From: the human T2T-CHM13v2.0 reference genome, Homo sapiens
Assembly: GCF_009914755.1 (NCBI RefSeq)
Contig: NC_060931.1
Direction: 5' to 3' (one strand)
DNA length: 64,000 nucleotides
The position numbers were made by a program, and so were the translations under genes. Below are positions 40,700-53,935 of the stretch, piece after piece; positions within the stretch are counted from its first letter, which is position 1; each line of letters begins with the position of its first letter. Under the pieces are notes generated by a model that was not told where the DNA came from, did not search any database, and worked only from the letters and a program-made list of their open reading frames with translations.

Positions 40700-42224
40700 A
40701 CTATAGATTCAGCATAATACCTAATAGACCAGTAAAAATCCAAGCAAGCTCATTTTTTTGTAAACATTGGCAAACTGATTCTAAAACCCATATGGAAATT
40801 CAGAGGATCTAGGACAGTAAAAATGATTTTGAAAGGAAAAACACAGGTAGAGGAATTAGACTATCTGATTTCAAAACATAATATAAAACTATAAAAGCAG
40901 GACAATGGGGATATTGGCTACGGATGGGCCTGTAGATCCATGAAACAGAATTGAGATTTCAGAAATGAATTCTTACATTTGAGGTCATTTTTTTTTAACA
41001 AAGATGCCAAAAATCCTCAATGCAGAGAAAGTCGGCTTTTATACCAACTAGTGCTTGAAGAATTGAAGCTGCATATGCACACATTTCACATCGACATTTA
41101 CTTCACTCCTTACAGAAAAACAAAGTAAAACTGATTTGTAGACCTAAATTTAAGAGCTGAAACTATGAAACTACTACCAAAAACATAGAAAAGACAATTT
41201 TTGTCACTTTGGGTTATGCAAACAGTCCTTGCATACAACAATAAAGGCATAATCTACAGAAGAAAAACTTGATAAATAACACTTTTTCAAAAGTCAAACT
41301 TTAAAAAGACTTTTTTAAAAAAAATGAAAATGAAAACAATGAGAAATAATTTCAACTTATATATAAAATGCATTTAAAAAATCTCTTAAAACTCAATAAT
41401 AAGAAAATAAATGGGTACTTTAAAAATAGATGAAAGATAGACTTTTCATCAAAGAAGACACATGAATGGCTACTAAGCACATGAAAAGGTGCACAACATC
41501 GTTAGTCATTAGTAAAATGAAGATTCAAACCACAGTAAAATATCACTACATACTGACTTGAATGACTATAATCAAGAGGCAGAAAATGGCAGGTGTTGGT
41601 GAGGATGAAGAAATCGTAGAACAAATTTGGAAAAACAGTTTGATCGCTTCTTCAAAAGTTAAATATGAATACTCACATGACACAGCAATTCCACTCCTAG
41701 GAATGTACCATGATAAATGAAGAACACATCCATGCAAAGATCTGTAAATGAATGTTCATAGCAGTGTTAGTATCATAGCCAAAAATGGAAACAATCTAAA
41801 TGTCTACCACCTGCTGAAAGAATAAGCAGATGTGATATGTCTATACAATGGTATGCTACCCAACAATAAAAAAGAACAAAAGACCAAAAAATGCTACATC
41901 ATGGATAAGCCTCAAAAACATTATGCTAAATAAAAGAAGTGAGTTGCAAAAGACTATGTAATGTATGATTGCTTTCATATGAAATGGACAGTAAAGGCAA
42001 ATTTATAGGGGTAAAGAATGAATCAGAAATTTCCCTGAGGCTGGGAATAAAAAAAAATGGATTGATGGCAAACAGGCTCAAGGGAAGTTTTTGGAAAGAT
42101 GACAATGTTCTAAAATTGAATTGTAGGGATACATGCACAATACTATATATTAACTAAAAGTCATTGAATAGTATACTTACAATGAATAGATTTTATGATG
42201 TGTATATTGTATCTCAATAAAGTA
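40700..42224 (+). mobile_element. L1MB/ME-type LINE-1 3' portion
   Basis: ORF2 end (agcacatgaaaaggtgcacaacatc, cagcaattccactcctagg) and 3' UTR ending atctcaataaag. Confidence 0.88.
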
Positions 42225-42899
42225 AAATGTCAGTTAAATTTCTAATTAAAATTATAATGTTCATAAAGAAAGAAAATTATGCAAATAAGAACTTCATTTA
42301 TTCTGAAGTGATGATTTATATCAGTATGTTTTTATCTGGGGGTGTAGGCAGTGTTTTTAAGCAAGGGCGATGATGAGAGGGGAATAGTATTAGATGATGA
42401 CACTGACATTGTAATGAATTGTAAAATGCTTTTTCTAACTTTCCCCTTGTATACCTGTGCACATTGTCATCTACACATTCTTGTTACATAAGAAGACAAG
42501 TACAGGTCAAGGGATGTCACTTTATATTTTTAAACAGGAGTTCCAAGAAGGGTAACCTTTGCACAGACATTTGAACTTGTTCTTGCCAAATAAGTCAATC
42601 AAGATAAGATTATTATTTTAGTAGATGTATATCAGTATATTTAAAGAAAAGAAAAGCTGTTGCAATGCCATACTAATAATTCAGTTTTTAAAAATTTACT
42701 GACATGTAAAGGTTTATGCTCATTTGACATTTTCGTTATTGTACAATGACTCACAGAATGTTTGATATACACATTATTAACTCTATATACTAGAGAAAAG
42801 ATAATTTAAAATATCATAGACATGAAGTCTAAGACTTTAAATATTAAATACCATATTGTATGGAAATAAAATAGAAAAATAACATTTGCTTTGCCTCTA

Positions 42900-43890
42900 A
42901 ACTATTTTAACAAAATTACTTTAGATTAAAATTCCATTGTTTAAAAAACTAGGAAAGAGAATTTAAAAGGATACAGTCTAAAATTAATGCAATAAAAATA
43001 GAAATACAGCCATGTGCCACAAAATGACATTTTGGTCAATGACAGATCAATATTATAACAGTGGTCCCACAAGACAATGATGCCATATTTTTACTGTACC
43101 TTTTATATGTTTAGATACACAAATACTTACCATTGTGTTACTGTTGCCTACATTATTCAGTTCAGTATCATGCTGTACATGTTTCTAGCCTAACAGCAAT
43201 AAGCTGTACCATACAGCAACATATGCAGTGGGCTATACCATCTAGATTTATGTAAGTATACTCACTGATGTTTGCACAATGATGAAATCACTTAAGGATG
43301 CATTTCTCAGAACATATTCCTGTCATTAAGTAACATATGACTGTATACTAAAAAGAAAAATAAGTTCTAAAACCTTGTTCTTCACAAACACTGGTAAGAC
43401 AGATACAGAAAGTCATATCTGAGATCCGATAACAGCAACAGAGAGAAAAAATACATACAAAATAAAAAATACCTAAACATAGATAAACTTTAAAAAGTTA
43501 AGAGACTAATGCATGCCGCTATTGCAATGAATCTAAAACACAAGAAAAACATATGACTTTGTAGCAAAGTAGAAATTACCAAAGTTGAACAAATAGAAAG
43601 TGAAACACTTCAAGATAGCAATTACTAAAGAAGGCATGAGGAATAAGTAAAAGCACTATCACTGGGAAAAAAAGGCATTAAGACCAAAGGTCTTACAAAT
43701 CCAGGATCTTTAAAAATACAGATAATTCAAATGTATTGAATCTTTCCCAGGCTTGATAAAAAGATGGAGAGCTTCTCATTTTATTTTATTATAACATAAA
43801 TATGATTTTCATAATAAAACATGACATACTATACCAAGAAGGCAATGATAGTCCAATATTACTAATGAATATGTATGTAAGACTCAGATT
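42900..43890 (+). mobile_element. Very old L1 ORF2 fragment interrupted by Tigger3a
   Basis: A-rich L1-like sequence (aaattaccaaagttg, caatgatagtccaatattactaatgaatat) on both sides of the Tigger. Confidence 0.6.
43007..43343 (+). mobile_element. Tigger3a (MER7A) non-autonomous DNA transposon, complete
   Basis: Terminal inverted repeats cagccatgtg../..catatgactg flanked by TA on both sides; 337 bp. Confidence 0.92.
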
Positions 43891-44095
43891 TTTGTAAACC
43901 ATGTTTAAAGTTGTGAAGTAGCACAAATGTTTTCACATCAAAAGAAGTGATAATTAAGAACAGAAAAGATTGGTTATCCAATCTAGTCTGAGATAAGCCC
44001 TAAAACAAAGAGCATTCATTAATGACTATTAATTTGTACTTTTCAGTTTCCAAGTAAAGGAAATATTTCATAGCATTAGGATAAAGTACGATCAG

Positions 44096-44097
<2 letters not shown>

Positions 44098-44122
<25 letters not shown>
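44098..44122. repeat. Poly(A) tract, ~25 nt
   Basis: Read directly from the sequence. Confidence 0.95.
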
Positions 44123-44126
<4 letters not shown>

Positions 44127-44829
44127 GATAAAAATCTGTGGCATCCTAATAATGCAATCATCTTAAACATAATTAGTCTAGCCCTCAGGAACTCAGGTAC
44201 TGAAAACTTTTTGGCAAAAAATATCTCTGATAAGGTGTTGATTTTCTCTTACTCAGTTGAGATCAGACATGATTAGGCAAAGTGTCTCTGAGCCACCTTA
44301 ACTGTTTCTTTCTTCCTTTAAACACCCATGATCTCCTTTAACCTCATTTTCTCCATCAAACCTAGAACTCACATACTCTCAGTCAATTATGCATTTACCA
44401 AAAGCACAGTAACCAATACCTGGCTCTTTATCTAAGGTTATTTGCATTCTAGTTTTTTATGTCTTGAGTACCTCTTCAATGGTATGGAATGAACAACTAT
44501 GTCTATTGAGATAAGAATATGTTCAAATACCAGGAAGCCAGAAAGGAGAGAATTGCCTGAGGGAAGTTTTCCATTTTCTTCTTAAAAAAATCTCTAAATT
44601 ACACTTCCCAGTTAAGATCAAACTTGTAGTTACAACGTCTTTAGTACCTTTCATGTGGTTTAGTGTTTGGGGTATAGAAGAAGAGGAGAAAAGGCAATAA
44701 AAATGAAGATTGATTTTAATACCCTCCTATTTTTCTAAGTAGGAAAAGTAGCCAAACCTGTTTTGGAATGTAGAGTCCTTTTGTCAGTAAAGAGAAAGAG
44801 CAAATCTAGGGCCTTAAATCTCTCTGTTT

Positions 44830-45195
44830 TTCAGTCTACCCATAGTCCATGTGAGAGACACTGGGAATACAGATATAAGATATCGGTTCTTGTGGAATTA
44901 CAGTAAATTTAAACTATTAAATTTGCACTTGTGGAATTTACAGTCCAGTAAAGGAGATAGACATTTAAATATAAGTGGTAGTCATTTTCATAGAAGCATA
45001 AACTCAAAATGCTATGAGAAGACAAAAGAAGGGTGCTACGTATCACGTTTGTACGTGAAGAAAGGGAAAAAGTTTTGGAGGAGAATATAGTTGAGTTGAA
45101 CCTTGGAGGAAGGGGAGGATTTAGGTCTGCGGAGAGGATGTATTACAACATGGACAAAGGCACATGTCCAAAGAGGATGTCAAACAGCATCTGAC
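44830..45195 (-). mobile_element. L2 fragment
   Basis: gagacactgggaatacaga..ggaatttacagtccagt..agatagacat; ttgagttgaaccttgga. Confidence 0.6.
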
Positions 45196-45756
45196 TGAAG
45201 ACTGGCCCTGCTCTCTTGTTCTGTGCCTTGCGTTACTTACTGTGACATACATAGAATCCTTGCTTTTAAAGAATGTGGTTCTGTACTGTGTGGTTTTATT
45301 CCATTAGCATAAAATTCAGGCCAGAACAGCAGTGGTGTGTGTAGGGAAGGTTGCCTGTTCACGTAAAGATGCCTTCTGCTTTAGAGGGTATATGCTTTTA
45401 AAAGGATTTGGAAATAGTCCAATTTTTTTTTTCGCTGACTCTGTTGTCTGCATAGTGAATTAGAGAAGACAGTGCTGGTCCTGCTAGATTTTATCTTAAT
45501 CTTCACATAGATCCTTTTATTACTTAATGTTCTTCAGCAATGGACCAGAAAGAGATGCCAGAGTGTCTGTTTTTTTCCTTGCTTTGCCTTTTTTTGGAGT
45601 GCTTATATGTGCAATAGATTTACAAACAGCAGGTTTTAATCTATCTCTTTGAAACAATGACTTTAAAATGAACTGTGCTTTGTGCTTTTAATTTAGATGT
45701 ACTACCTGTCAGAGTGACCTAATATTTATGTTTTTGTGTGCGTATGTATATGCATA

Positions 45757-45836
45757 TTAAGTTGGTGCAAAAGTAATTGCAGGTTTTGCCATTAAAAGTA
45801 ATGGCAAAGACTGCAATTACTTTTGCACCAACCTAA
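45757..45836. mobile_element. MADE1 MITE (Hsmar1-derived), full-length 80 bp, TA TSD
   Basis: ttaagttggtgcaaaagtaattgc..gcaattacttttgcaccaacctaa, near-perfect palindrome flanked by TA at 45755 and 45837. Confidence 0.97.
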
Positions 45837-45959
45837 TATTTACAACTAAATATATATGTTTATGTATGTATAAATGTATATAATGTATATAATATACATG
45901 TTTATAAATGTATGTAATATAAATATATATTTAAATTAGCAGAAAATTAGCATTATATC

Positions 45960-46700
45960 TATTTATGATTGACAAACCTCCGCAGGTGTGATCTCAAAAG
46001 CCTCTTTTTATTTCTCAGCTTTGATAAGAATTCATATTATAAAAGGGGTGCTAGGTAAAGGTGGCTGTACCCGCTAAATATATATATATAAATATATATA
46101 TATAAAATACGAACCTGATTTACAGGTGGAGAACTGCAGGAGCGTTCTATAGAGTTAAAGTTTGAGTTTTAGATACGGGTTAAATATGAAGGTCTGTTCC
46201 AGGCTTTTGTGTTTTAAAAGAAACCCTTGCCATCTCAAATATCTGTCAATAAATCATTGCAACTGGAAACTGAGCCACCAAATTTAATTTGAAATAAACT
46301 TCTGATGATTTAACAATTTGCCTATATAGAATAATGATAATATACTAAGCTCTGCCTTAAATAACGGGTAAATGCTTGTGCCTTTTTTGTACTTTTTTTC
46401 CCCAAGTGGGCTGTATATTTTTACACAAATTTTCCTCTTTTTAAAATGTCAGCACATAGCTACGGGATAGATTGTGGCCTTTAGTAACCTACTGGGTTCT
46501 TTAGGGTTTGCTTCGTATAATTTCTTCTTTTCCCTTTTGTACTTTACATACTTAACACTCACATGCTAATATTAGCACTAATGCCTGAGGCCTAAATAGC
46601 AATAATTGCGGGATGACATACTGGCTTCTATTTAAGTTGACAACTCAATAACTTGACATATGCATTACATCTCTATTACACTGGAGTCTAAATGACACTT
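45960..46700. promoter_or_regulatory. Candidate enhancer with PBX/MEIS/HOX motif cluster
   Basis: TGATTGACA 45966, TGATTTAC 46116, TGATTTATTGACAG (-) 46243-46256; no recognisable repeat; locally retained CpGs. Confidence 0.45.
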
Positions 46701-47689
46701 TATAAAGCATTTCTTTTATATTTAGTTCACTGACTGATCAGACTGGAGCTTGTGCTCATCATGTGTCTGTTAAAGACTAGTGAATGTGTCATTATTTCTA
46801 AGTCCTTGCCAGTGATAGATAATGCAATCACAGAAAGCTGTATTTACATAGAAATGTTCTGGTTGTGATAATATTATCGTGTTTTTTGGACAAGTAAGAG
46901 TCAAAGATTTTTTTTAGTTTTTTCATATACATACTAGAAAAAGTCTTTCTAAGTATAAAATGCCAAACTTAAGAAGTCAACCTGAGATATAAAGTATAAC
47001 TTTTGTAAGTCCATTTTATTTTTTAAAACAAAAAATAAAAGATGTTCAATAAACAAATCTACATTACAAATTACTAATTTGGGGTTTTAACCATTTTGTT
47101 ATGGAAGTATTTCAGTTGGCAACATGTAAAGCATAATAATTATAAAATACCTCTATTGTTGGTCTCAAAATCTCACACAATCTGGAATGTTTCGATTCAT
47201 CTTAAGGTATAATATAAATAGTGTGTAAAATATGAACGCTTTTTCTTCCCTTCCATTCTTTATTCTCCTTCCCCTCCTCCCTGTTTGCTCTCCCCTTTCT
47301 TCTTCTCCTGTGTCAGCTCTACCCTCTCCTATACATAACTCTCTTCTTTTCTCTTCCAAGAGACATTAGTCAGTGATAGTAATGATGGCAGGCATAGGGG
47401 TTTATGCAGAGTGAGAAGTGAATATGGCCAGAGGTGGCCAGTAATAGTAGCCACTGTGATTGCCTGTCAAGAGATTTGTTGAAGGCAGCCTGGCAGTTTG
47501 GGGAGATTAGCCAGCCACACATAGGGGATTTAGCAAATATGTAAATATGTAAAGAATAGTAAGAGCCAAGTTTCTCCCTCACAGAATAAAGGTACAAATG
47601 TTGGAGAGCTTTGACATTAAAAGACTCTATTAATAATGAACACACACAGTGGGTTCATTTGACTTCTCAACTTTTAAATTCCACTCTCC

Positions 47690-48690
47690 AGAAAAGAGGA
47701 CTGGAGACGAGAAATAGCTGATTTCAGAGCAGGACCAGAAAAAGTATAATATGCATCAGGAACATCTTGTTGTCCCAATAAGGAATCTCTCAAAGAAAAA
47801 TGGGAGTATAATAAAGAATTCAGAAGCCAGTTTTGTGTGGGGAGGTCCCAGTGGCCAAATAGATGATGATCTAACCATCTAATTAGATAATGATACTAAC
47901 AGTCTATAGCCCATTGAATACAAGAGGAATCAATGAGTCCACACTGGTAATTTAGGTAAAAATATTTTTACCAGTTAAATATATCTGAAAGAGAACCTGA
48001 TTCACAGCTAGAGACTGCAGGATAAAAAAAAGTGAATGGATAAATAAATCAGAAGTGATACATGTAGAAATAATTTTTTTTAAATCACAATGTGACATCC
48101 TAGCCATAATTAATTCACACAAGTTACATTAATAACTGCTAAAACTAGAGTGTGACAGTGGGATGAGGAATTGCATATTTACATAGCTTCAAGTTGCCTC
48201 TGCCAAAAATACTCATTCATTATGAAGAAAAAATACAGAAACGTGGCTGTCTCCAACTTAAATATGTGAACAAAGTTAACACAAGGATTAGGCAAAAAAA
48301 ATTATGTGTTACCTGGTAGGATGCAATAAAAACACATATGCACAGTATCATTTCTGTGATATTCCTGCCCCAAATGTATAACCTGGGTCTACTCATGAGG
48401 AAACATCACAGAAACCCAAATGGAAAAATAGTCTACAAAATGACAGCCTTGTAATCTTGAAAAATATGAAGGTCATTAGATGAAGTAAAGATTGAGGAAG
48501 GTTCTAAAATGAAGAAATTTAGAACAATATGACGACTGGGTACACGTATGATTCTAGATTGGTTACCATTATAAAGGATATGAAAGAGTTGAAACTTTAA
48601 AAAGGTTTATGGGTACCTGCAGGAGTGTGTTGAACTTTTCTTGCACTATTCCTGCTACTTTTCAATAGGTTTGAAATGATTTCAAAACCT
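47690..48690 (+). mobile_element. L1MC/MD-type 3' UTR
   Basis: aatagctgatttcagagc..caggaacatcttg; cacagtatcatttctgtgatattcctgcc..tcatgaggaaacatca..acccaaat. Confidence 0.75.
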
Positions 48691-48741
48691 AATTAACACT
48701 TTTGAAGTGAAAAGGATATATTTATTTGCATTTCTAAATGC

Positions 48742-48985
48742 TTTTTAAAAACAATAACTTTATTGAAGTATAATTAATATATAAAAACTGCAAATATTCA
48801 ATGAGTTTAGATATATGCATATATCCATGAAACCATCACCACAATCAAGGAGGTAAACATATCTGTCACCTTTAACAGTTTCCTCCTGCCCCCTCCTTTA
48901 TTTGCTAAGAACAATTCACATGATATCTACACTTTTAACACATTTTTAAATGCAAAATACCGTATTCTTAAATATAAACACTTTT
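48742..48985 (-). mobile_element. L1MA9/MB-type 3' end fragment
   Basis: aactttattgaagtataatt..ccatgaaaccatcaccacaatcaag. Confidence 0.75.
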
Positions 48986-51752
48986 TTGAGAAGTCTTTTT
49001 TTTGTTTTTCTTTAACCTATTTTATTTGCTTGACATGCAATTTGTGTTTTGCCTAATTTCCAGCATATGCTCACATAAAAACTTCCCATGACATAGTAAT
49101 AGAGATATAAGATCAGCAACTATGGGAGGAGTGCTTTTGAACTTCCCTTTTATTTCCTTTGACCTGGACACCTGCATCCGGGATGGTATCATGCTAAGTT
49201 CGTCATGACAGTTTAATAGGAAATGGCAATCTTATCAAACTTCCTGGAACTCTCTTTCCCAAGGAAAACATGGACAAACCCCAGTTAAGCAAAGTTTCTC
49301 TTCAGAGTGCTTCTTTCAGTGTCCTCCAAAAGTGAATTTGTTAACAGATAACCTAAAGGGATGTTAGTTTCATGGCAGAAGGCAACAGCATATCCATATT
49401 TATTAACTGCCCTTCAAACACAGTGGCAATTTCACATGAGACTATGCCCTTATAAACAACATAATATAATGTCTAACGCTTCACATAAGACATGTCATTA
49501 ACTGTAGAGCTATCTATCATGTGGCTTGCCTCATTGTATTCATTTATTTCTTTTTTTTAATTTTTTGCTGATGCCAAATGAACACAGAATTTCCCAGAAG
49601 GAAATAAATGGAACATCACAAAGCATAAATGCACAAGGCAGTTCATGTGCCTCATAGAAAGTAAGAAGAAAGCTGGATCAGGTCAAGGAGAAAAACAAGG
49701 CTGAAGGGCACAGTGGAGCTGAATATTGGAAAAAGGCTGATGGCAATTTGGAAGTGTGTATGAATGAATGACCAAAGCACATCAGACGACACACTTAGCT
49801 ATTCTGACAGTCTAAAACTGACCATTAAAACAGCCAAAAAAAAAAGGTGAAAATTACCAAAATGAATCTAAATGACAGGTGTCAAAAGATTGTCAGTGTT
49901 TCCTAAAAGGTCTGTGGAAATATGTTTTCATTATGTTAAATTCACATCAATTTCACATATATCTGAGTACCTACTACTTCCAAAACAACGTTGGAGATAA
50001 TGAAGGGAATACAAGAATGAATATGGTATAATCTCTGACATCAGAAAGCTGAAAGTCTATGAGATGGCATTACCATAGTCTGGAGTACAACATGGTGTAT
50101 TGAGTTAGCGCTGCCAATTTTTGGAACCAAATGTCTCTGAAAGGACAATGCAGAAAGCCATGGTAAAACTTGATTACGCATGTACATGTTTGCAGAAGAA
50201 AAGAAGATGTAAAAGGTCCTGTGGGTGTCACAGGTTAAGTGTGAGTAGGCTACAGAGGGTTCCCACTGTAGGGTGAAAATTACTCTATACTGGGGCTGTG
50301 CAGTATTATTAAGCTTGGTCCCTGAGAAGTCCAAAAGCAACTGTGGCATTACAGGCTGTGAGGAAAATGAAAGAAAAACTACACAAGGAGAAAGTAAGAG
50401 GAATAGAGAAAATACACCTGACCTCCTTCAATTTTTGCCTAAACCCAGCCTTAATAGTCCATCTGTCGTGTTAAAACTTATATTGCTAATAAGGAAAAGA
50501 GAGACCCCTCACATTGTCCCTCACACTCCTTTTTTGTATACACCCCCCAAACCGTTACTGCCTAAATAAGATTCTGTTGTTAATGCCTCCTACTACTACG
50601 AATTTTGAGGACATTTCTGTTACAATTTTAAATAAAATAATTTTGAATTTATTTTCAAATATTTCAAATGCATTAAAATATGATTAAAAACCATCAGGCA
50701 TAAAAAAGTTTTCATTAACATCATGATTCATATAGGGATTATTTAGAACATTCTGCATTCTACCTGGGCAAAAGATTGTTTTCCCTTTCTGATAAGGGAA
50801 TAAGGGATAAGAAAAACTGTCCTCCATTGTCTGCAAATAAGCCCTCTTGCTCAAAGTTCAAAATCACCTTGAAAGAGACTTGCTTACAAAAAATATAAAC
50901 ATATGGAATTTCCAATGTTGTGCTTTACTTTATCTGTTCGAACAGAAAAATAACAACATAGAGCAGGAAATATATTTTTTTCTTGTTATTTGAAGTTTTT
51001 TTTTTTATTTGTTTTACTGCTTGGTCTGGGCATTTGGTTTATTAACTGTAACTCTTAAAAGCAGAGATAATTTTTGGAAAATATGAACCAGAGAGAGAAA
51101 TGTAATGAAAACAAAATTAAATAAACCTTTCAAGTGCCAAAAAGAACAACTAACCCAACAGAGGTTATTTTTAAAAATACAACCGTAATATCCTGAATTT
51201 GGTCATAACCTAGAATGTACACAATCCTCCTGTTGAGTTAGTGAGGACAAATTTAACTTTAGGAATTCTCTGGGGAAAAAGGAATTGTTCATTCAAGGAA
51301 TAGTCCAGTTAATGTTTATTCCTTACCCTTTCCTTACCCTAAAGTCATCCATTTTTCCATTGCTTTGAAGCAGCTTATAAATTTAGTAATAACTACCATT
51401 GTTGAGTGATAATTAATCTGGCATCCTGTGAATGAATTTATTACATGTAAATTACCACAGTATATCTTCAAGCAGGCTCAAATGCACATGTGTATATCAT
51501 CTGTGAGAAATATTTTGATCAACTCCAGAATAGTGTAAAACAGTTTGGGAAAGAGTAGCTTTCAAAAAACCTATTTTAAGGAAATTGAACAAATTATCTC
51601 TAATTTTGGCAACGCTAATTTCACACATTATTGAAACTTTGAGGTAACTACAGGGTTTTTAGATTATAATATTTTTCATTGACTATATATATACATAATA
51701 TGGATAGACTATACAATAATTATTCATTAAAATCAGCTTCCAATATACTTCC

Positions 51753-52114
<362 letters not shown>

Positions 52115-52289
52115 TGAGTATGGCATCAAAGAAAAATAAATATATGTTAAAGCTTTGGAAATTTTTAAATTGTTTACATACTTTTTAAAGAGTTCTATGT
52201 TGGCTATTTTATTAAACATATACCTAAATATTTGTATCTTAGAAATGTATAATACTATATGCCTAATTAATATGTCTAAATATTATTAT

Positions 52290-52745
52290 GTATGTGCATA
52301 TATGTATATAAATTCCTTTATAATATTAAATATATTGCTCCATTGTCTAATAGCTTCTAGTTTTGCTGCAGAGAAGTCAGAAGCTATGTTGACTCTTGAT
52401 TCTCTTCATGTATGTTATTTTTTCCCTTTATGGAGGTATATAGAATTATCTATTTGTTCTCATCTGTTTCAGAATTTTACAATGATGTACACTGGTGAAA
52501 GCATATTTTCATTCACTGTGCTGGTATTTGATGTGGACTTTTAATCTGGAAACATGTCCTTCAGTTATTGAAAATTCTTGAAAGATTTATTTGATGATTT
52601 TTCTTTCTCTATTTTTATCGATTCCTTTGCTATGGAACTCTCATTAGTTGGATGTAGAACCTTTAAAAATAATCCACTTATTCTATTTTCTTATCTGTAT
52701 GTTCCTTTTCAATATTACTCTGTGTTTTATTCATAGTTTTTTATT
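52290..52745 (-). mobile_element. Old L1M ORF1-region fragment; probably continues at ~53280-53935
   Basis: aatatattgctccattgtct..gagaagtcag; gacttttaatctggaaac. Confidence 0.6.
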
Positions 52746-52749
52746 TCTT

Positions 52750-53272
52750 TTGGGAAAGGCAGTCTAATTCATGCAGTCTTTCAACCCCCACTTGGCCACA
52801 TAAGGATGGATTTTTTCTGGCAAGAGATAAACAGTGCTCACAGCTTGGGCTGGGCTTATTGCCTTGTGTGGGAATATCTTTATCTGTTTCAAACTCAGTG
52901 TGCACTCCTTTGATTTGTTTAAGAACATGTGTCAGTGACTGTCAGGTACACCACTAGCTTTCTGTATTTCCTACTCCGTGGGTGAGAGGTTGAGATGCTT
53001 CTACTGTGGCACAAAGTGGGTTCTGTGTAGCTACATCATCCATCTTCACTGCAGAATGGATCCACCAGCCATGGGAGACTAACCCATTGGCACAGGCCTG
53101 AGCTTGTGCACTGTTTCTCTACTTTTGCTGTGAAGTAGATGCTGTACCACTTGAGCCTAGTGTGTGTGTTGTCTGTTCACAGTGAACTTGAATCATTCAC
53201 TGGTCTCTTCCCTGGATGGCACACACTTATCTGCCTTGTAACCTGGCTGCACATCCTAGCTACCCAGGGAAT
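52750..53272 (+). mobile_element. Solo LTR, ERVL class (LTR52/53-like; family uncertain)
   Basis: Sharp GC-richer insert starting tgggaaaggcagtct inside T-rich L1 sequence. Confidence 0.55.
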
Positions 53273-53935
53273 AGTGAAGCAATATCTCCTTAAGAATATT
53301 CATTATATATATACATATGAAATTTACTTTTCCCTGCATACTTTGTTTTCTTCAAGTGTTTTTGTTGTTGCTTGTTTTGCTCATTAAATTCCATACTGGG
53401 TGATTTCATCACGTTTGTTAATCATTGGTTTTCTGCTTATATATAAGAGTAGGGGATCAAGATGCTGTTCAGAAACTCTGAGCACATGAGTGTGGGTGGT
53501 CAACTGTGAGTTTCATTGAAGAGTGGAACGTTTTCACTGAAAAACCAACTATAACAAAATATTTATGTTTTGCCTTTTGATTTGGTCAAATTCTGCAAAG
53601 ACTTCTCTGTCTTCTGCCTGGAGCCAAGATTCTGAGAATCAAGGAAGAAATGAAGCAGGGGGCTGTGGGCATGTCAGCATTTTAAATAAATATACATACA
53701 TGTGCGTAATACCTTAATACCTGGAGTATCTGGTATACCCCAGTTTAGAGATCCTCTTCTTTATTCTCTCCAGAGAAAAAGCCTCCATTGTTCTGTCAAG
53801 ATTCAACTATCACCTGGTTACTTATAGTAGTATAAAAGATTCAGGGGTTATGTGTTTTTTTAAGCAGACTTTTAACCAATTCTTCCTCTCCTAACACCCT
53901 TTTCTCATTCAACTCATTTCCAGAGATACCAGGTT

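Noticed and set aside
44098-44122. Poly(A) tract as the tail of a retrocopy
   Set aside because: No upstream AATAAA, TSD or recognisable mRNA or SINE body
47240-47357. Long pyrimidine-rich tract (possible H-DNA) and its ORF 47165-47359
   Set aside because: Low-complexity and interrupted, with no clear mirror symmetry
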